The translations under genes and the position numbers were made by a program. DNA of 64,000 bases from Phaeosaccion multiseriatum. Taxonomy: Eukaryota; Protista; Ochrophyta, other classes. Each line of letters begins with the position of its first letter. Position 1 is the stretch's first letter. The notes beneath the pieces are model-generated. The model was not told the DNA's origin, did no database searches, and saw nothing but the letters and a program-made list of their open reading frames with translations. Shown here piece by piece: positions 1-12,418 of this stretch. The DNA lies in contig OZ218960.1 in NCBI GenBank assembly GCA_965112735.1, positions 1,488,001 to 1,552,000 on the forward strand. The letters run 5' to 3'.

Positions 1-336
1 GCAGATGGCTGATAGGAGGTCGTTCCACGCGCATGTAGAAGCAGAAAAAGGGCAAGCAATCAGCCCCTCCGCCCCCATGTCTCCTCAGTCCCCAGGGGTA
101 TGGGGCGAGGTACAAGTAGAGAATAGTACGTAAGTAGTACGTAAGTAGTACGTACCCAAATGATGTAGGGCCCGCCCGTAAAGGCAGGAGCCTGCATGTG
201 TGAGCAGGTGCGTGGGTGCGTGTGTGAGCAGGTGCGTGGGTGTGCGCGGAGGGGAGAGTCTGACTGAGCTCAACCCTTCTCATCGGAAGCGCCAGATAGG
301 TAGCCCATTCCCTCCCTCCCTCCCTCCCTCCCTCAC

Positions 337-564
337 CTTGTTCGGCTCAAGCACCCAGTACTGGCTGTCAAGCAGGGCCTTGATAGGCACGGAGAAGCAA
401 TGTGACACCTCATCTGGGTTGGGCCTCAGCTCCACCCCCGACAGCTGCCCAATGAATCCCACCACCGGCGTAACGGCCACACCCACGATGGAGGCTACCT
501 CGGACCAGTCGCAGCGGAGCACGCCCAGCACTGTTCCACGACCGTTCCGACCACCCCAGCGCGT

Positions 565-624
<60 letters not shown>

Positions 625-1894
625 GTTGGAGGAGCAGAAAGGCATGAGGAACGGGAAGGGGTGATTGATCGTCGGGTGTAAGAGTCCAGCGCAAGCCGCC
701 TGTCAATCAATTCAAGCATGTCGCCCCAGACTGTCCCGCCTAGAGGTCACAGCCCTCGGTCAAGTACAATCCCACGCACAATCCAAAGCCCCCCCGCCCC
801 CCTTCTAGTAGCAAAAGCTCAATAGGCCTCCTTTGGCCTCGACCCTAGCCCTCGGTCCCTCCCCTCTCCAACGCGGCCTGCTCCCTCCCGTCCTCCCTCC
901 CCTCCTCCGTCCACTCCTCCCTCCCCTCCTCCCAGCTTGCCGACCCTCAGCAACTCAGCCCCTCTCCTGTGCATCCTCCTCCCTCCCTCCCTCCCTCCCA
1001 TCGTCTCTCTCTCACCCCATCCACTGCCATCCTCCGCTCAACCAGCGGTCTCTCTTTCTGACCCTATCCACTGCCATCCTCCTCCCTTTGCCCCCCACAC
1101 ACACCCACGCACCATCAACCTTGGTCTGAAGGCCCACCTCTTCGGTGAGCTCTCTCATTGCCGTGTTGACGATGTGACGGTCGATTCCAAAGTCCACCTT
1201 CCCACCCGGAAAGCACACCTGCACAAGAGTAGAATTTGGATATCAAATATTTGCAAAGCACAGCAAAGAACAAGGAAAGCAGACAAGGCGTCGGAGAGCG
1301 AAGCAAAGGCTCTGCTCTTTTACTGCTTCGTAGTACGATAGGGAGAGGATAGGGAGGTGTGTTTGTTGATGTGCGTGGATAGGGAGGGAGGGTTTGTTGA
1401 TGTGCGCGTGTACCTCATTCCTGTGCGCTCGAAGGTCGTCGGACCGCAGTGTAAACAGAATGCTCGCCACGCCGTCGACGTTGCACAGGGGAACCATCAC
1501 AGAGGCTCTGGAGACAAGAGCGGCAAGGCAGAGAGAGAGAGAGAGGAGGAGGAGGAGGAGTAGGAAGAAAAGGGGAGAGAGTAAGAGAGAGACAGGGAGG
1601 GAGGGAGAGACAAAGGGAGGGGGTGGGGGAGACAGAGTATGTTACCCCCCTCCCCCCCCTTACCGATGCTCAGTGTTCCTAGCGATGTGCCTTGGCATAC
1701 GCTGAAGCTTCTTCTTGAGAGTGTCCATGTGGGGTCCCTTGAAGCCCTGCGTGAGGTCCATCAAGTTCTCCACCTGTGGAAGTGAGATGGCAGTGGACGG
1801 GGGCGGGGGTAAGAGGGGGTGATGCCATCACTCCACTGAGCGAGTGCGATGATGATGATGATGATTGAGATTGTCCCACTTGCCACTTCAGAAG

Positions 1895-1933
<39 letters not shown>

Positions 1934-1934
1934 T

Positions 1935-2020
<86 letters not shown>

Positions 2021-3759
2021 TATCACAAGGGCAGTGTAGTGCTGGCTCGCACGCTCCATACTTCTTTCAAAAAAACCCTTGGAGGGAAAGGAAGCTTTAC
2101 CTTGCGAGACTTGGTCACGTTGGCGTGTTCGAAGGGCCTTAGGAGTTGCTTTAGACCAGCGAGGTCGTCTTTGCCGAGCAGATGGGCGCAGTTGTGCAGA
2201 GTAGTCTCTCTGAAACGCAGACAGAGGGTTGAGGGTGGAGTGGACGGAGTGAGACACGGTCCTCGAGTGGTGAGACGGGGAGAGAGGGGGCGTTACGGAA
2301 AGACGGAGAGGACGGAGAGAGGGCAGACACTCACTCATGCAGAAGAGGGGAGAGAGAGAGAGAGAGAGAGAGAGAGGAAGAGTGCAAGGGAGGAGAAGAA
2401 CGAAACGCACCAATGAAATCTGTTCCAGCAGCTTTTTGGTTCCTGACTCTCACTCACTCACTCACTCACTCACTCACTCACTCACTCAGAACTCTCCATC
2501 TAACCCAATCACACTCCTTCCCTCCCTCCCTCCCTCCCTCCCTCCCTCCTTCACTCACCGGTCTCTCAGTGCGGTGGCAAGGGCGGGTGCTGTGAATTCC
2601 TCCACCAACATTGTGAGGTCCTCCCTCTTATCCACCTTGAGTACCCCATATCCTTCGAAACGCCTGTAACTGCCATGCCGAGCCCCAGACCCAGCTTCAG
2701 ACCTTGCCTCGGCTCCTCTCCCGGTTGGGGTCTGAGACGAAGACAAGCCCCCTGAGGTGGGGGAGGAGGAGGAGGAGGCCACCGCCGATTGTGCCGCTGA
2801 TGGAGGAGAGGAGGAGGGACAGGTCGGAGAGGATGAAGGAGAAGTGCCCACAGAGACGGAGTCGGAGCCAGAGGTGGACCCGGCCAGAGGCGGGGAGGAT
2901 GAAGCGGGGGGCACTTCGCCGTGCAGGACGATCTCCGCCCCGACCTTGCGGTGTACGCCCTTCATCTTCTCCCATTTGACCTCTGCACAAGAGAGAGTAA
3001 TGCAGAGGTCAAAAAGGAAATGAAAGCAGCGGGTTAGTTGTCTCATAGGGGCAAGAAGCAGTGGAGAAGAGAAGAAACAACAAATACTCGCAATGAGGCT
3101 GCGGCTTGTTTCGCCTTGTTGTTGATGAAAGTGTGCGCCGCTTGTTGAGGACGGCCATCGGACCACAAGAGATGCGCCTCCCCTTCCGACTTACCAATAG
3201 GGGCCTCCTGTCCTCGGCGTGTCTCCCACAGCCTCCCTCGGACGTTGACATCTTGCATGGGTTCGGCTGATCCGTCGACTGGCGCCTCAGTGGTGGTGCT
3301 GGTGGTGGTGGTGGAGGAGGAGGAGGAGGGTGAGGAGGATGCCTTTCCTGAGAACCAGCAGCGCCGCCCTTCTCTTGATGCTGTCGCTCCTCGAGCTGCT
3401 GCTGTTGATGCTGCAGCTGATGCAAGCCTTGGAGGCGGGAGGACAGTCTGGGGATGACTCTCGGCCGCTCTGAAGCGTCCGCAGCGCCTGCTGTTGTGGT
3501 CTCTGTGGCTTCTAATGCCCCTGTAACCAGGGTGAGCCAAACGCAGGCCCTCTGCTGACAAGGCCACAGGACGTGAAGAGCAGGGGGCCGTGGTGCCGCG
3601 CCTCCTGCTGCAAGCGAGACATCGCTGTGGCTGCTGCTGCTGTCCCTGAGCAAGGCTTGTCCTTGGCCCAGCGGGGTACCTGTACTGCTGAGGCTGTAGC
3701 AGGTGCTTCCACTCCCTCGGTCGCCGCCAACCCCCGCCCCCCCTCAGGTGCAGCAGCAT
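337..3759 (-). CDS. NUDT8: Nudix hydrolase, CoA-diphosphatase (NUDT7/NUDT8-like); 3' end not located (beyond 337, possibly outside window)
   Basis: Phase-consistent GT-AG exons approx. 3759-3195, 2982-2559, 2209-2101, 1773-1664, 1507-1414, 1218-1113, 530-337. They give RASVMVPL..LFTLRSDDLRAHRNE|VCFPGGKVDFGIDRHIVNTAMRELTEEVGL (Nudix box plus CoAse signature) and VTPVVG..PNPDEV. Arg-rich N-terminus resembles a transit peptide. Confidence 0.85.
1845..2025. repeat. (GAT)n/(CAT)n microsatellite in a Nudix intron
   Basis: About 40 CAT units read directly; explains the poly-H, poly-M and poly-S ORFs. Confidence 0.95.
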
Positions 3760-4042
3760 CGATCCTGCTGCTGAAGTGCCACGTAGGATGAGGTTCGGGG
3801 CACGGACTCGCACGCACAAAAAATAATGGACTACAGTCGAGTACGAAAGAGGGAGAGAGAAGAGGGAAGGGGGAAGCGCGGCCCCGATCCGCCCCTCAGG
3901 GGTCACAGATGGGTTGGGCCACCAACACGCGTAGCAAGAAAAGGGGGCGCCAAACCTAACATCAACACAAGAGCCCTCGAGTCTCCAATCATCTGCCTGC
4001 CCTCGTAGACCCCTCGGCTCCTAGCCTGCAACTTCAGCAGCG

Positions 4043-6306
4043 ATGAACGCGTTTTCAGCCATCAGCTCTTCGGTGCTGCTGCTGCTGCTGCTCGCAGCCC
4101 TTTCGACGGCAGGGACTGGTCTCGCAGCCTCAGCAGAGCACGAGGAGAAGGATGCATTCCGTTCCATCCGAACCCTGTGGGCAAATGATCACAGTCTCAC
4201 GACGCTTGGGGTTTCCTCGCTCTCGTCGCTGCGATCTGCTTCCTCGGCCTCGTCGTCGGGAAGCTTGTCGTCTTCTTTCAGCTCGAAGGGAGTGGTTGGG
4301 AGCAGCAGCAGCAGCAGCAGCAACGGCAGCGGAGACCCCGGCTCCAGCAGCAGCAGCGGACGCCTCGACACCAGGACCAGTGGAAGCATCGGCAGCAGTG
4401 GACGTTTCGGCAGCACCAGCAGCGGCATCGGAGGCTCCAGCACCAGCGGCACGGGCAGCAGCACCAGCGGCACAACCTCCTCCTCCTCCTCCTCCTCTGC
4501 GACGACGAGCAGCGGCAGTAGCGGGGCGAGCTCCTCCTCCTCGTCCTCCTCTCCTAAGTCCGTCTACTGGGATGAGTATGAGCCGAGGCTCCAGCCCCGC
4601 TGGATCAAGGACCACGGCAATTGGCTCTACAAAGTCCCGGAGCCCAAGTGGAAAGAGAAGAACATCTTCCACGACCCCGACGGTACTTGCACGGTGAGTG
4701 AGTGAGTGGACATGAGCGAGCGAGCGAGCGAGTGATTAAGACAGAGCATCCACCTTGAGACTCAGCGACTCCTTCTGCGACCCCCCTCCCCCGCTTGCTC
4801 GCTCGCCAGCATTACTGCAAGCAGAAGGACTTCCCCATGTACGGCATGGACTACTGCCACAGCTACTTGCCCTACTACAAGGACTACTGCATGGACTACT
4901 ACCACCCCTACTACCACCCCTGGGCTGTCGAAGGCGTACAGGTCATCCCAGCGCACCTTCTCTCTTCCTCTTCCTCTTCGACCTTCGGCCACGGCCGAGT
5001 TCTAAATTTCAGCGGGGACTGGACCCCCAAGTGGCCCGGCAAGGAGAACATGTACTGCCACTTCTACTACTCCATCTGCGGCCACCACGTCGCTATCAAG
5101 GGAAGCGAGTGGACGCGCGACTTCGGCGGCGCCAAATACTTTTCCGACTACTACTCTACTGATAGCAGCGACTCCACCTTCTCCGACCCCTACCTTTACA
5201 AGGGTAGCGAGTGGAAGCACGGATACGACGGCGCCAAGGACTACTACTCAGACTCATCCAAGCACGACTACGACGATGCCAAGGACTACTACTCAGACTC
5301 ATTCAAGGACGACTACGACGGCGCCAAGGACTACTACTCAGACTCATCCAAGCACGACTACGACGATGCCAAGGACTACTACTCAGACTCATTCAAGCAC
5401 GACTACGACGGTTCCAAGGACTACTACTCAGACTCATTCAAGCACGACTACGACGATGCCAAGGCCTACTACTCAGACTCATTCAAGCACGAATACGACG
5501 ATGCCAAGGACTACTACTCAGACTCATTCAAGCACAACTACGACGGCGCCAAGGACTACTACTCAGACTCATTCAAGCACGACTACGACGGCGCCAGGGA
5601 CTACTACTCAGACTCATCAAAGCCCAGCGACTACGACGGCGCCAAGGACTACTACTCAGACTCATCCAAGCACGACTACGAAGATGCCAAGGACTACTAC
5701 TCAGACTCATTCAAGCACGACTACGACGATGCCAAGGACTACTACTCAGACTCATTCAAGCACAACTACGACGGCGCCAAGGACTACTACTCAGACTCAT
5801 CCAAGCACGACTACGACGGCGCCAAGGAATACTACTCAGACTCATCCAAGCACGACTACGACGGCGCCAAGGACTACTACTCAGACTCAGCCAAGCACGA
5901 CTACGAAGATGCCAAGGACTACTACTCAGACTCATCCAAGCACGACTACGACGGCGCCAAAGACTACTACTCAGACTCACTCAAGCACGACGCCAACTAC
6001 TACTCCTCAGCCTCGTCGAAGCACGACTCGTCTGATGCCAGCAACGCCTACTCTTCTGATCCCGACCACTTCTCTGCGGATACGAAGCAGTCTTACTCTC
6101 CAAAGGACCACTCCAATTCTGAACCCAGCGGCTCGGTCACCTTTCGTGACATACCGAGCGGCTTCTACTCTTCCATGGGCAGCGACTCGACCTACCCGGA
6201 TGACTTTTCTGATGTCAGCGGCCCCAGCTCTTTCAATGGCGGCGGCTCGACCATCTCTTATGATATCCCGACGGGTCCCGACTGGAAGCGCAACTCAGCT
6301 TCCTAG
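4043..6306 (+). CDS. Secreted Ser/Gly-rich, Tyr/His/Cys-module protein, paralog A, with Tyr/Asp repeat tail
   Basis: Signal peptide MNAFSAISSSVLLLLLLAALSTAG; exons 4043-4693 and 4810-6306 (phase 0 GT-AG); modules shared with three paralogs. Confidence 0.85.
5215..5982 (+). repeat. Coding tandem repeat, 17 x 45 bp (KHDYDGAKDYYSDS[S/F])
   Basis: Units counted from the translation; one unit has an extra codon. Confidence 0.95.
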
Positions 6307-6454
6307 ATCGCATATATATATATATGCTGCCAATCGTATCTAATCTGATGTATCCATGACCACATCTCTCAAAGCTCTCTCAAACACTTGTCACGCCGGT
6401 GTGTGTCTGTTTCGCTCATGTCGGCATGCGCGCGGCCCCGCGCCCCCTGCTTCG

Positions 6455-6541
<87 letters not shown>

Positions 6542-7032
6542 GCATTGTGCTCACGTGTGTGTGTGTGTTTGTGTTTGTATTTGTGTGGTGTCGCTTATTC
6601 TTTGTGCTTGTGTGTGTGCGTGCATGTCGCAGTCCGCCAGCGCGATAGGAAGGAGCATACCTAGTCAGATGGACGCCGTCGGCGATCCGTAGTAGGGGGC
6701 AGGACCACGCATCTCCACCTCCTGCACACCGGCAAGGAAGGACCACGAACTTCAAAAGCGTATCCATCAAATTGCATCGGCTTCCGCGACGAGGCAGGGA
6801 GGCTCAGAAGAACGTTGAGCTCCTGCACTACTGATTGGAGTGTGCGGATGAGGCAGAAAGATCACAGATGCAGTACAGTACCAACACGCTAGCCCAACAA
6901 AACATATAACAGCAACGTAGTTGCTGCTGCTGGCTTCCTAAGAGTGACCGTCGAGCCTTATGACGATGGGGCATTTTTCACACTACACCCGCCACTTTTC
7001 TGCTTCGCTTCTAGCCCGCAGCCTCTGCAGCA

Positions 7033-9000
7033 ATGAAGACTTTCTCAGCCTGGGGGGGGTTGCTTCTCGCAGTTCTCTTGATGGAAACGACTGGCCTCGC
7101 AGCCTCAGCCGAGCACAACGAAAAGGCCGCTGACGCCCCTGAGAAGGGTTTGTTCCGCTCCATCCGATCCCTGTGGGCAGGAGATCACAGCCTCACGACG
7201 CTGGGCCTTTCCTCGTTCTCGTCGCTGGGGTCTACTTCCTCGGCCCCGTCGGGGGGCTCGGGGTCTTCCTCCGGCTCGAGGGGGGTGGGTGGGAGCAGCG
7301 GCAGCGGCAGCGGCAACGGTAGCGGGGGCCCTAGCTCCGGCAGCGGAGGCGCCAGCTCCGGCAACGGAGGCTCCAGCACCAGCAGCGGCTCCGGGAGCAG
7401 CACCAGCGGCACATCGTCCTCCTCCGGGACGACGAGCAGCACCAGCGGGAGCAGCACCAGCGGGGGCAGCACCAGCGGGGCACCTTTTTCCTCCTCCTCC
7501 TCCTCCTCCTCCTCCTCTGGAGTACCCGTCGTCTACTGGAACGACTATCAGCCCAAGCTTCACCCCCGCTGGATCAAGGACGACGGCAAGTGGCTCTACA
7601 AAGTCCCGGAGCCCAAGTGGAAAGAGAAGAACATCTTCCATGACCCCGACGGTACTTGCACGGTGAGTGAGTCGGATCGAGGGTGTGTGAGGGTGTGAGA
7701 GCTTGAGTTATGCTTCCCGACTGGCTGGCGCTTTAGGGTGGGATCTGCCTCACGCGCCCCCATGCCCCCTCGCTCGCTCACTCACTCGCAGCACGTTTGC
7801 GAGAAGGACAACGACATGCCATTGTACGACCTCGAGTATTGCAAGAGCTTCGAGAGCTACTACAACCGCTATTGCACCGACTACTACCACCCCTACTACC
7901 ACCCCTGGGCTGTCGAGGGCGTCGAGGTCATCCCAGCGCACCTTCTCGGCTCTTCCTCTTCCTCTTCGACCTCCGGCCACCGTGGCCGAGAGCTAAAGTT
8001 GAGCGAAAACTGGGCCCCCAAGTGGCCCGGCAAGGAGAACATGTACTGCCACTTCTACTACTCGGTCTGCGGCAGTTACATCGCTCTCAAGGGCTCCATC
8101 TCGAACCCCACTTCCGGCAGTGGCAGCAGCTCCGGCTCCGGCTCGGGATCCTCCTCGTCGTCCGGCAGCATCGGCTCATCCTCCGGCTCTATCTCTGGCC
8201 CCACTTCCGGCAGCAGCAGCGGCAGCAGCTCGGGCTCCTCCTCGTCGTCCGGCGGCTCATCCTCCGACTCTATCTCTGGCCCCTCTTCCGGCAGCAGCAG
8301 CAGCTCTGGCTCTGGCTCCAAGCCGTCGTCCGGCAGCATCGGCTCATCCTCCGGCTCTATCTCTGGCCCCACTTCCGGCAGCAGCAGCGGCAGCAGCTCG
8401 GGCTCCTCCTCGTCGTCCGGCGGCTCATCCTCCGGCTCTATCTCTGGCCCCTCTTCCGGCAGCAGCAGCAGCTCCGGCTCCGGCTCCAAGCCGTCGTCCG
8501 GCAGCATCGGCTCATCCTCCGGACACAGCAGCAGCGGCAGTAGCTCGGGATCCTCCTCGTCGTCCGGCAGCATCGGCTCATCCTCCGGCTCTATCTCTGG
8601 CCCCACTTCCGGCAGCAGCAGCGGCAGCAGCTCGGGCTCCTCCTCGTCGTCCGGCGGCTCATCCTCCGGCTCTATCTCTGGCCCCTCTTCCGGCAGCAGC
8701 AGCAGCTCTGGCTCTGGCTCCAAGCCGTCGTCCGGCAGCATCGGCTCATCCTCCGGACACAGCAGTAGCGGCAGTAGCTCGGGCTCCTCCTCGTCGTCCA
8801 GCAGCATCGGCTCTTCCTCCGGACACAGCAGCAGCGGCTGTGAGTCCTCCACCTCCTCCTCCTCCTCCTCCTCCTCCTCCTCCTCCTCCTCCTCCTCCTC
8901 CTCCTCCTCCTCCTCCTCCTCCTCCTCCTCCTCCTCCTCCTCCTCCTCCTCCTCCTCCTCCTCCTTCTCCTCCTCCTCCTCCTCCTCCTCGAGTGACTAG
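7033..9000 (+). CDS. Secreted family paralog B, with Ser/Gly higher-order repeats and poly-Ser tail
   Basis: Signal peptide; exons 7033-7662 and 7792-9000; about three ~168-bp S/G units, then a (TCC)n run at about 8846-8990. Confidence 0.85.
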
Positions 9001-9218
9001 AGGACTCTGGTACTGGCTTTCGCTAGCTCTTTATTCATGACTATATATCTATCAATACATAAACCAAACAAACCTTTCAGTTTTGAAGTGCGAGTGTGGG
9101 GCTCCTGTGGGCCTCGGGGAGAGAACGGAAGAGGCGAAGAGTGATGGAGTCGGAGAGCAGGAAGAATGGAAGGAAGACACGACGACCTCTCCGTCTCTCT
9201 CTCTCTCCTCTCCCTAAG

Positions 9219-10736
9219 TGAGTCGTCTTCGTCCTCCGGCGGCGGCGATCCTTGCCGCAAGCTCACCACCTCCTCCTCCCCCGGCGACTCCTCCGGGTCA
9301 TCCTTCTCCTCGGGCTCCGGCTCATGCTCCTTTTCTGGCCACGGCTCGTCTTCTGGCAGCGGCTCGTCATTCGGCTCGTCCAGCGGCGGCAGCCCCTTCT
9401 ACCGCTACTGGGAGCCCAAGGCCACACCGATAGTTTAAGTTGGAAAGCGTGGCCGCCCGCGGCGTAAATTTCTTGGCCGCCGCTAAACCGTAGAAAGCGA
9501 AAAACCGTGGAAAGGCCTCTGAGTGGGCTGAGAGAGGGCCTTAGGTCGTGCACAGTGTGAGCAGACAAGAAATCGAAAAAAAGGTTCAAGAGTAATCAAT
9601 TCGAATTTCAATTTGGGAGGGGCAGGGGCGGGAACCTTTATTTTTGAGAGGGTCTCAGGCAGCTACAGGCGTCAACCCAAACAACGCAGTCTCCGCGCGC
9701 GCCTACGTAGCCTTTGTAGTGGGACGGGCTTTGTCACTTGGTCTCCTGTGCCTCTTCCCTCCCTGACAGACCGCAGCGGAGGTGACTTGGCCTCCCGTCA
9801 TAAAGCAAGTACTTCCTAAGCAAGACTTAAAGCCCATCACCTCCGGTCCATTGTCGGCAGCCCCAGAGTCATGATGCTCTTCTGTGATGCTGACGATGCT
9901 CTGCTCGTTCCCTCTTATCCTACAGGATGTTGAGGGGGCTGCACTAGCGCATGGCCGTGATACCGCCCCACCAAGAGTTTTGCCAAGTCTTCGCCTTGAT
10001 TCGGTCGGTCCCGACATGGTAGCAGCAGCAGCCAGAGGTCCACAGGAGCTGAAGCCAGTCTTAGACGGGGATCAAGGCGAGAAGAGTCTTCTCCAAGCCG
10101 CCTCGCGCTTGTCTCGCGCGGCGCAATGTATCATCGCGTTCTCGATTTAGAGGAAGGAGGCAGGGGGGCGGGCCGGCTCTGGGTGGGCTCCAGGACCGAA
10201 GGCATGCCGGGCTGGTAGAGAGATGTCCAAGGGACCAAGATGACGGGGTTGAGGAGTGTGAATGGGCGGGTCAAAGAGCAGAAGGGAAAGAAGGCTAAGG
10301 GGGAAGTTTAGGAGGGCACCTTCTCCGCGGGTCGAAGCAAGGGGATTTAGGCGCTTTGCGGTGGGCTCTTTGGACCTAATTTGGACTGATGTAAGCATAA
10401 TAGAGGCCTACACACACTCATACTGTAAGAAGGACACTCATGGGGGGGTGTTCAGGGCCGTCTACGGTTTTTTCCGCCCGCCCGCGGAGATTTTTCCAAA
10501 TGTGCGACGCTTTCCAACATATTTTATCGGTGTGGCCCAAGTGGCCCGAGAAGGAGATCATGTACTGCCACTTCTACTACTCGGTCTGTGGCCACCACGT
10601 CGCTCTCAAGGGAAGCGCGTCCTCCTCCTCCAGCGGCTCGGGTCCCTCTTCCTCGTCGTCCGGCAGCATCGGCTCATCCTCCGGACACAGCAGCAGCGGC
10701 AGCAGCTCGGGCTCCTCCTCTGGCTCGTCCCACTAG
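9219..10736 (+). pseudogene. 5'-truncated paralog of the secreted family, split by a transposon
   Basis: RKLTTSSSPGDSS..PFYRYWEPK (to 9419) resumes as KWPEKEIMYCHFYYSVCG..GSSH* (10538-10736). Matches paralog C; no signal peptide or exon 1. Confidence 0.85.
9420..10537. mobile_element. Non-autonomous TIR DNA transposon (PIF/Harbinger-like), ~1.1 kb
   Basis: 31-bp imperfect TIRs GGCCACACCGATA-N6-GTTGGAAAGCGT at both ends. TSD is CAA (or CCAAG if the ends are drawn 1 bp inward). Removal restores EPKWP. No transposase motif seen. Confidence 0.85.
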
Positions 10737-11185
10737 CTCAGGCCGCGCATTTGGCGCTGGCTTTCGCTAGCTCTCTATCCATGACTATATCTATCAATAC
10801 ATGACCAAACAAACCTTTCAGTTCTCTGAAACTTCCTATACCCCTCACGCCTCCATTCCGTGCGTGTGGGCTTGTATACCTCTCTCGCCGGGTTGCTTCC
10901 TTTCTTCCTGCTCTCCGACTCCATCACTCTTCGCCTCTCCCGTTCTCTCCCCGAGGCCCACAGGAGCCCCACACTCGCACTTCCAAACTCGAGGGGGTGT
11001 CGCTCTTGACTGGTGAGCTTGCACAGAGGTATTCTACAAGCCCACACGCACGGAATGGAGGCGTTCAGAGAACTGAAAGGTTCGTTTGGTCATGTATTGA
11101 TAGATATAGTCATGGATAGAGAGCTAGCGAAAGCCAGCGCCAAATGCGCGGCCTGAGCTCTAGTGGGACGAGCCAGAGGAGGAGC
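10711..11185. repeat. Long inverted repeat formed by convergent paralog 3' ends
   Basis: 10711-10877 is a near-perfect reverse complement of 11035-11185, with small indels. Confidence 0.9.
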
Positions 11186-12418
11186 TGCTGCTGCTGCCGC
11201 TGCTGCCGGAGGACGAGGACGAGGAGGAGCCGTAGCTACCACTGAGGTGATACGCCACCGTCTGGCCGCAGATGGAGTAGTAGAAGTGGCAGTACATGTT
11301 CTCCTTCTCGGGCCACTTGGGCTCCCAGTAGCGGTAGAAGGGGCTGCTGCCGCTGGACGAGCCGGACGACGAGCCGCTGCCAGAAGACGAGCCGTGGCCA
11401 GGGAAGGAGCCTGAACCGGAGCCCGAGGAGAAGGATGATCCGGAGGAGTCGCCGGGGGAGGAGGAGGTGGTGAGCTTGCGGGCGGGGCAAGGAGGGCACT
11501 CGCCCGTCTCGCGGTGGAAGGCCTCGCCCTCTTCGGTCAGAAGGTGGCGCCCGGGGCTGTCCTCCTCGGGGAAGCACTCCGTGCCGCACAACTCGCGGTT
11601 ATGGTCGCCGCTGGAGGACGAAGACGAGGAGGAAGAGCCGCCGCTGGAGGACGAGCCGGAGGATGACCTTCCGTAGGGGCCCTTTGAGAATGTCCAGGGG
11701 TGGTAGTACGGGTGGTAGTAGTCCATGCAGTAGTCCTTGTAGTAGGGCAAGTAGCTGTGGCAGTAGTCCATGCCGTACATGGGGAAGTCCTTCTGCTTGC
11801 AGTAATGCTGGCGAGCGAGCAAGCGGGGGAGGGGGGTCGCAGAAGGGGTCGCTGAGTCTCAAGGTGGATGCTCTGTCTTAATCACTCGCTCGCTCGCTCG
11901 CTCATGTCCACTCACTCACCGTGCAAGTGTGGTCAGGGTCTTCAAACACGTACTCCTCGTGCCACTTGGGCTCCTTGAAAAGTCGAGCCATGGGACAGGC
12001 GAGGAACTAGTTAGTACTTTGTGAGTGAAGTGATTGGTCAACGTTGCTGGAGAAGGCCAAACTCTTCAGTGCTCTTGCTTACCGGGACTTTGTAGAGCCA
12101 CTTGCCGTGGTCATCCTTGATCCAGCGGGGGTGGAGCTTGATATCGTCATAGTCCAGGTGCTTGCCGCCGTGGACGGGGTAGATGCCTCCATGCGATCCC
12201 GAGGAGGAGCCCGAGGATGAGGGCGATGAGCCGCCCCTGCTCCCGGAGGAGCCGCTGAAACCCTTCGGGAAGTACGCCGGGTAGCTCCCGCTGCCGGAGG
12301 AGCCGCTGTTGCTCTTGCTGCTACTCCCGGCGAGCTCACGGTCATCCGCCTGCTCGAGGGAGAGGCCTTGGGCAGCGAGGCATGACGCCAGGAGGAGGGT
12401 GGCAAGGAAAGAGCGCAT
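11160..12418 (-). CDS. Secreted family paralog C (3 exons)
   Basis: MRSFLATLLLASCLAAQGLS signal peptide; exons 12418-12083, 11973-11920 (EPKWHEEYVFEDPDHTCT), 11807-11160. Confidence 0.85.

Noticed and set aside
1679-2416. Poly-Met, poly-His and poly-Ser ORFs
   Set aside because: (CAT)n microsatellite inside a Nudix intron
5215-5982. CRISPR-like regular periodicity
   Set aside because: No unique spacers; it is a coding tandem repeat in eukaryotic DNA
5211-6343. Two further long + strand ORFs over the 45-bp repeat (Arg/Leu-rich and Thr-rich mucin-like)
   Set aside because: A stop-free repeat unit keeps all frames open; only the Tyr/Asp frame connects to the signal peptide and conserved modules
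8076-9040. Antisense Glu/Pro-rich and alternate-frame Pro/Ala-rich ORFs
   Set aside because: Shadows of the Ser/Gly repeat of paralog B
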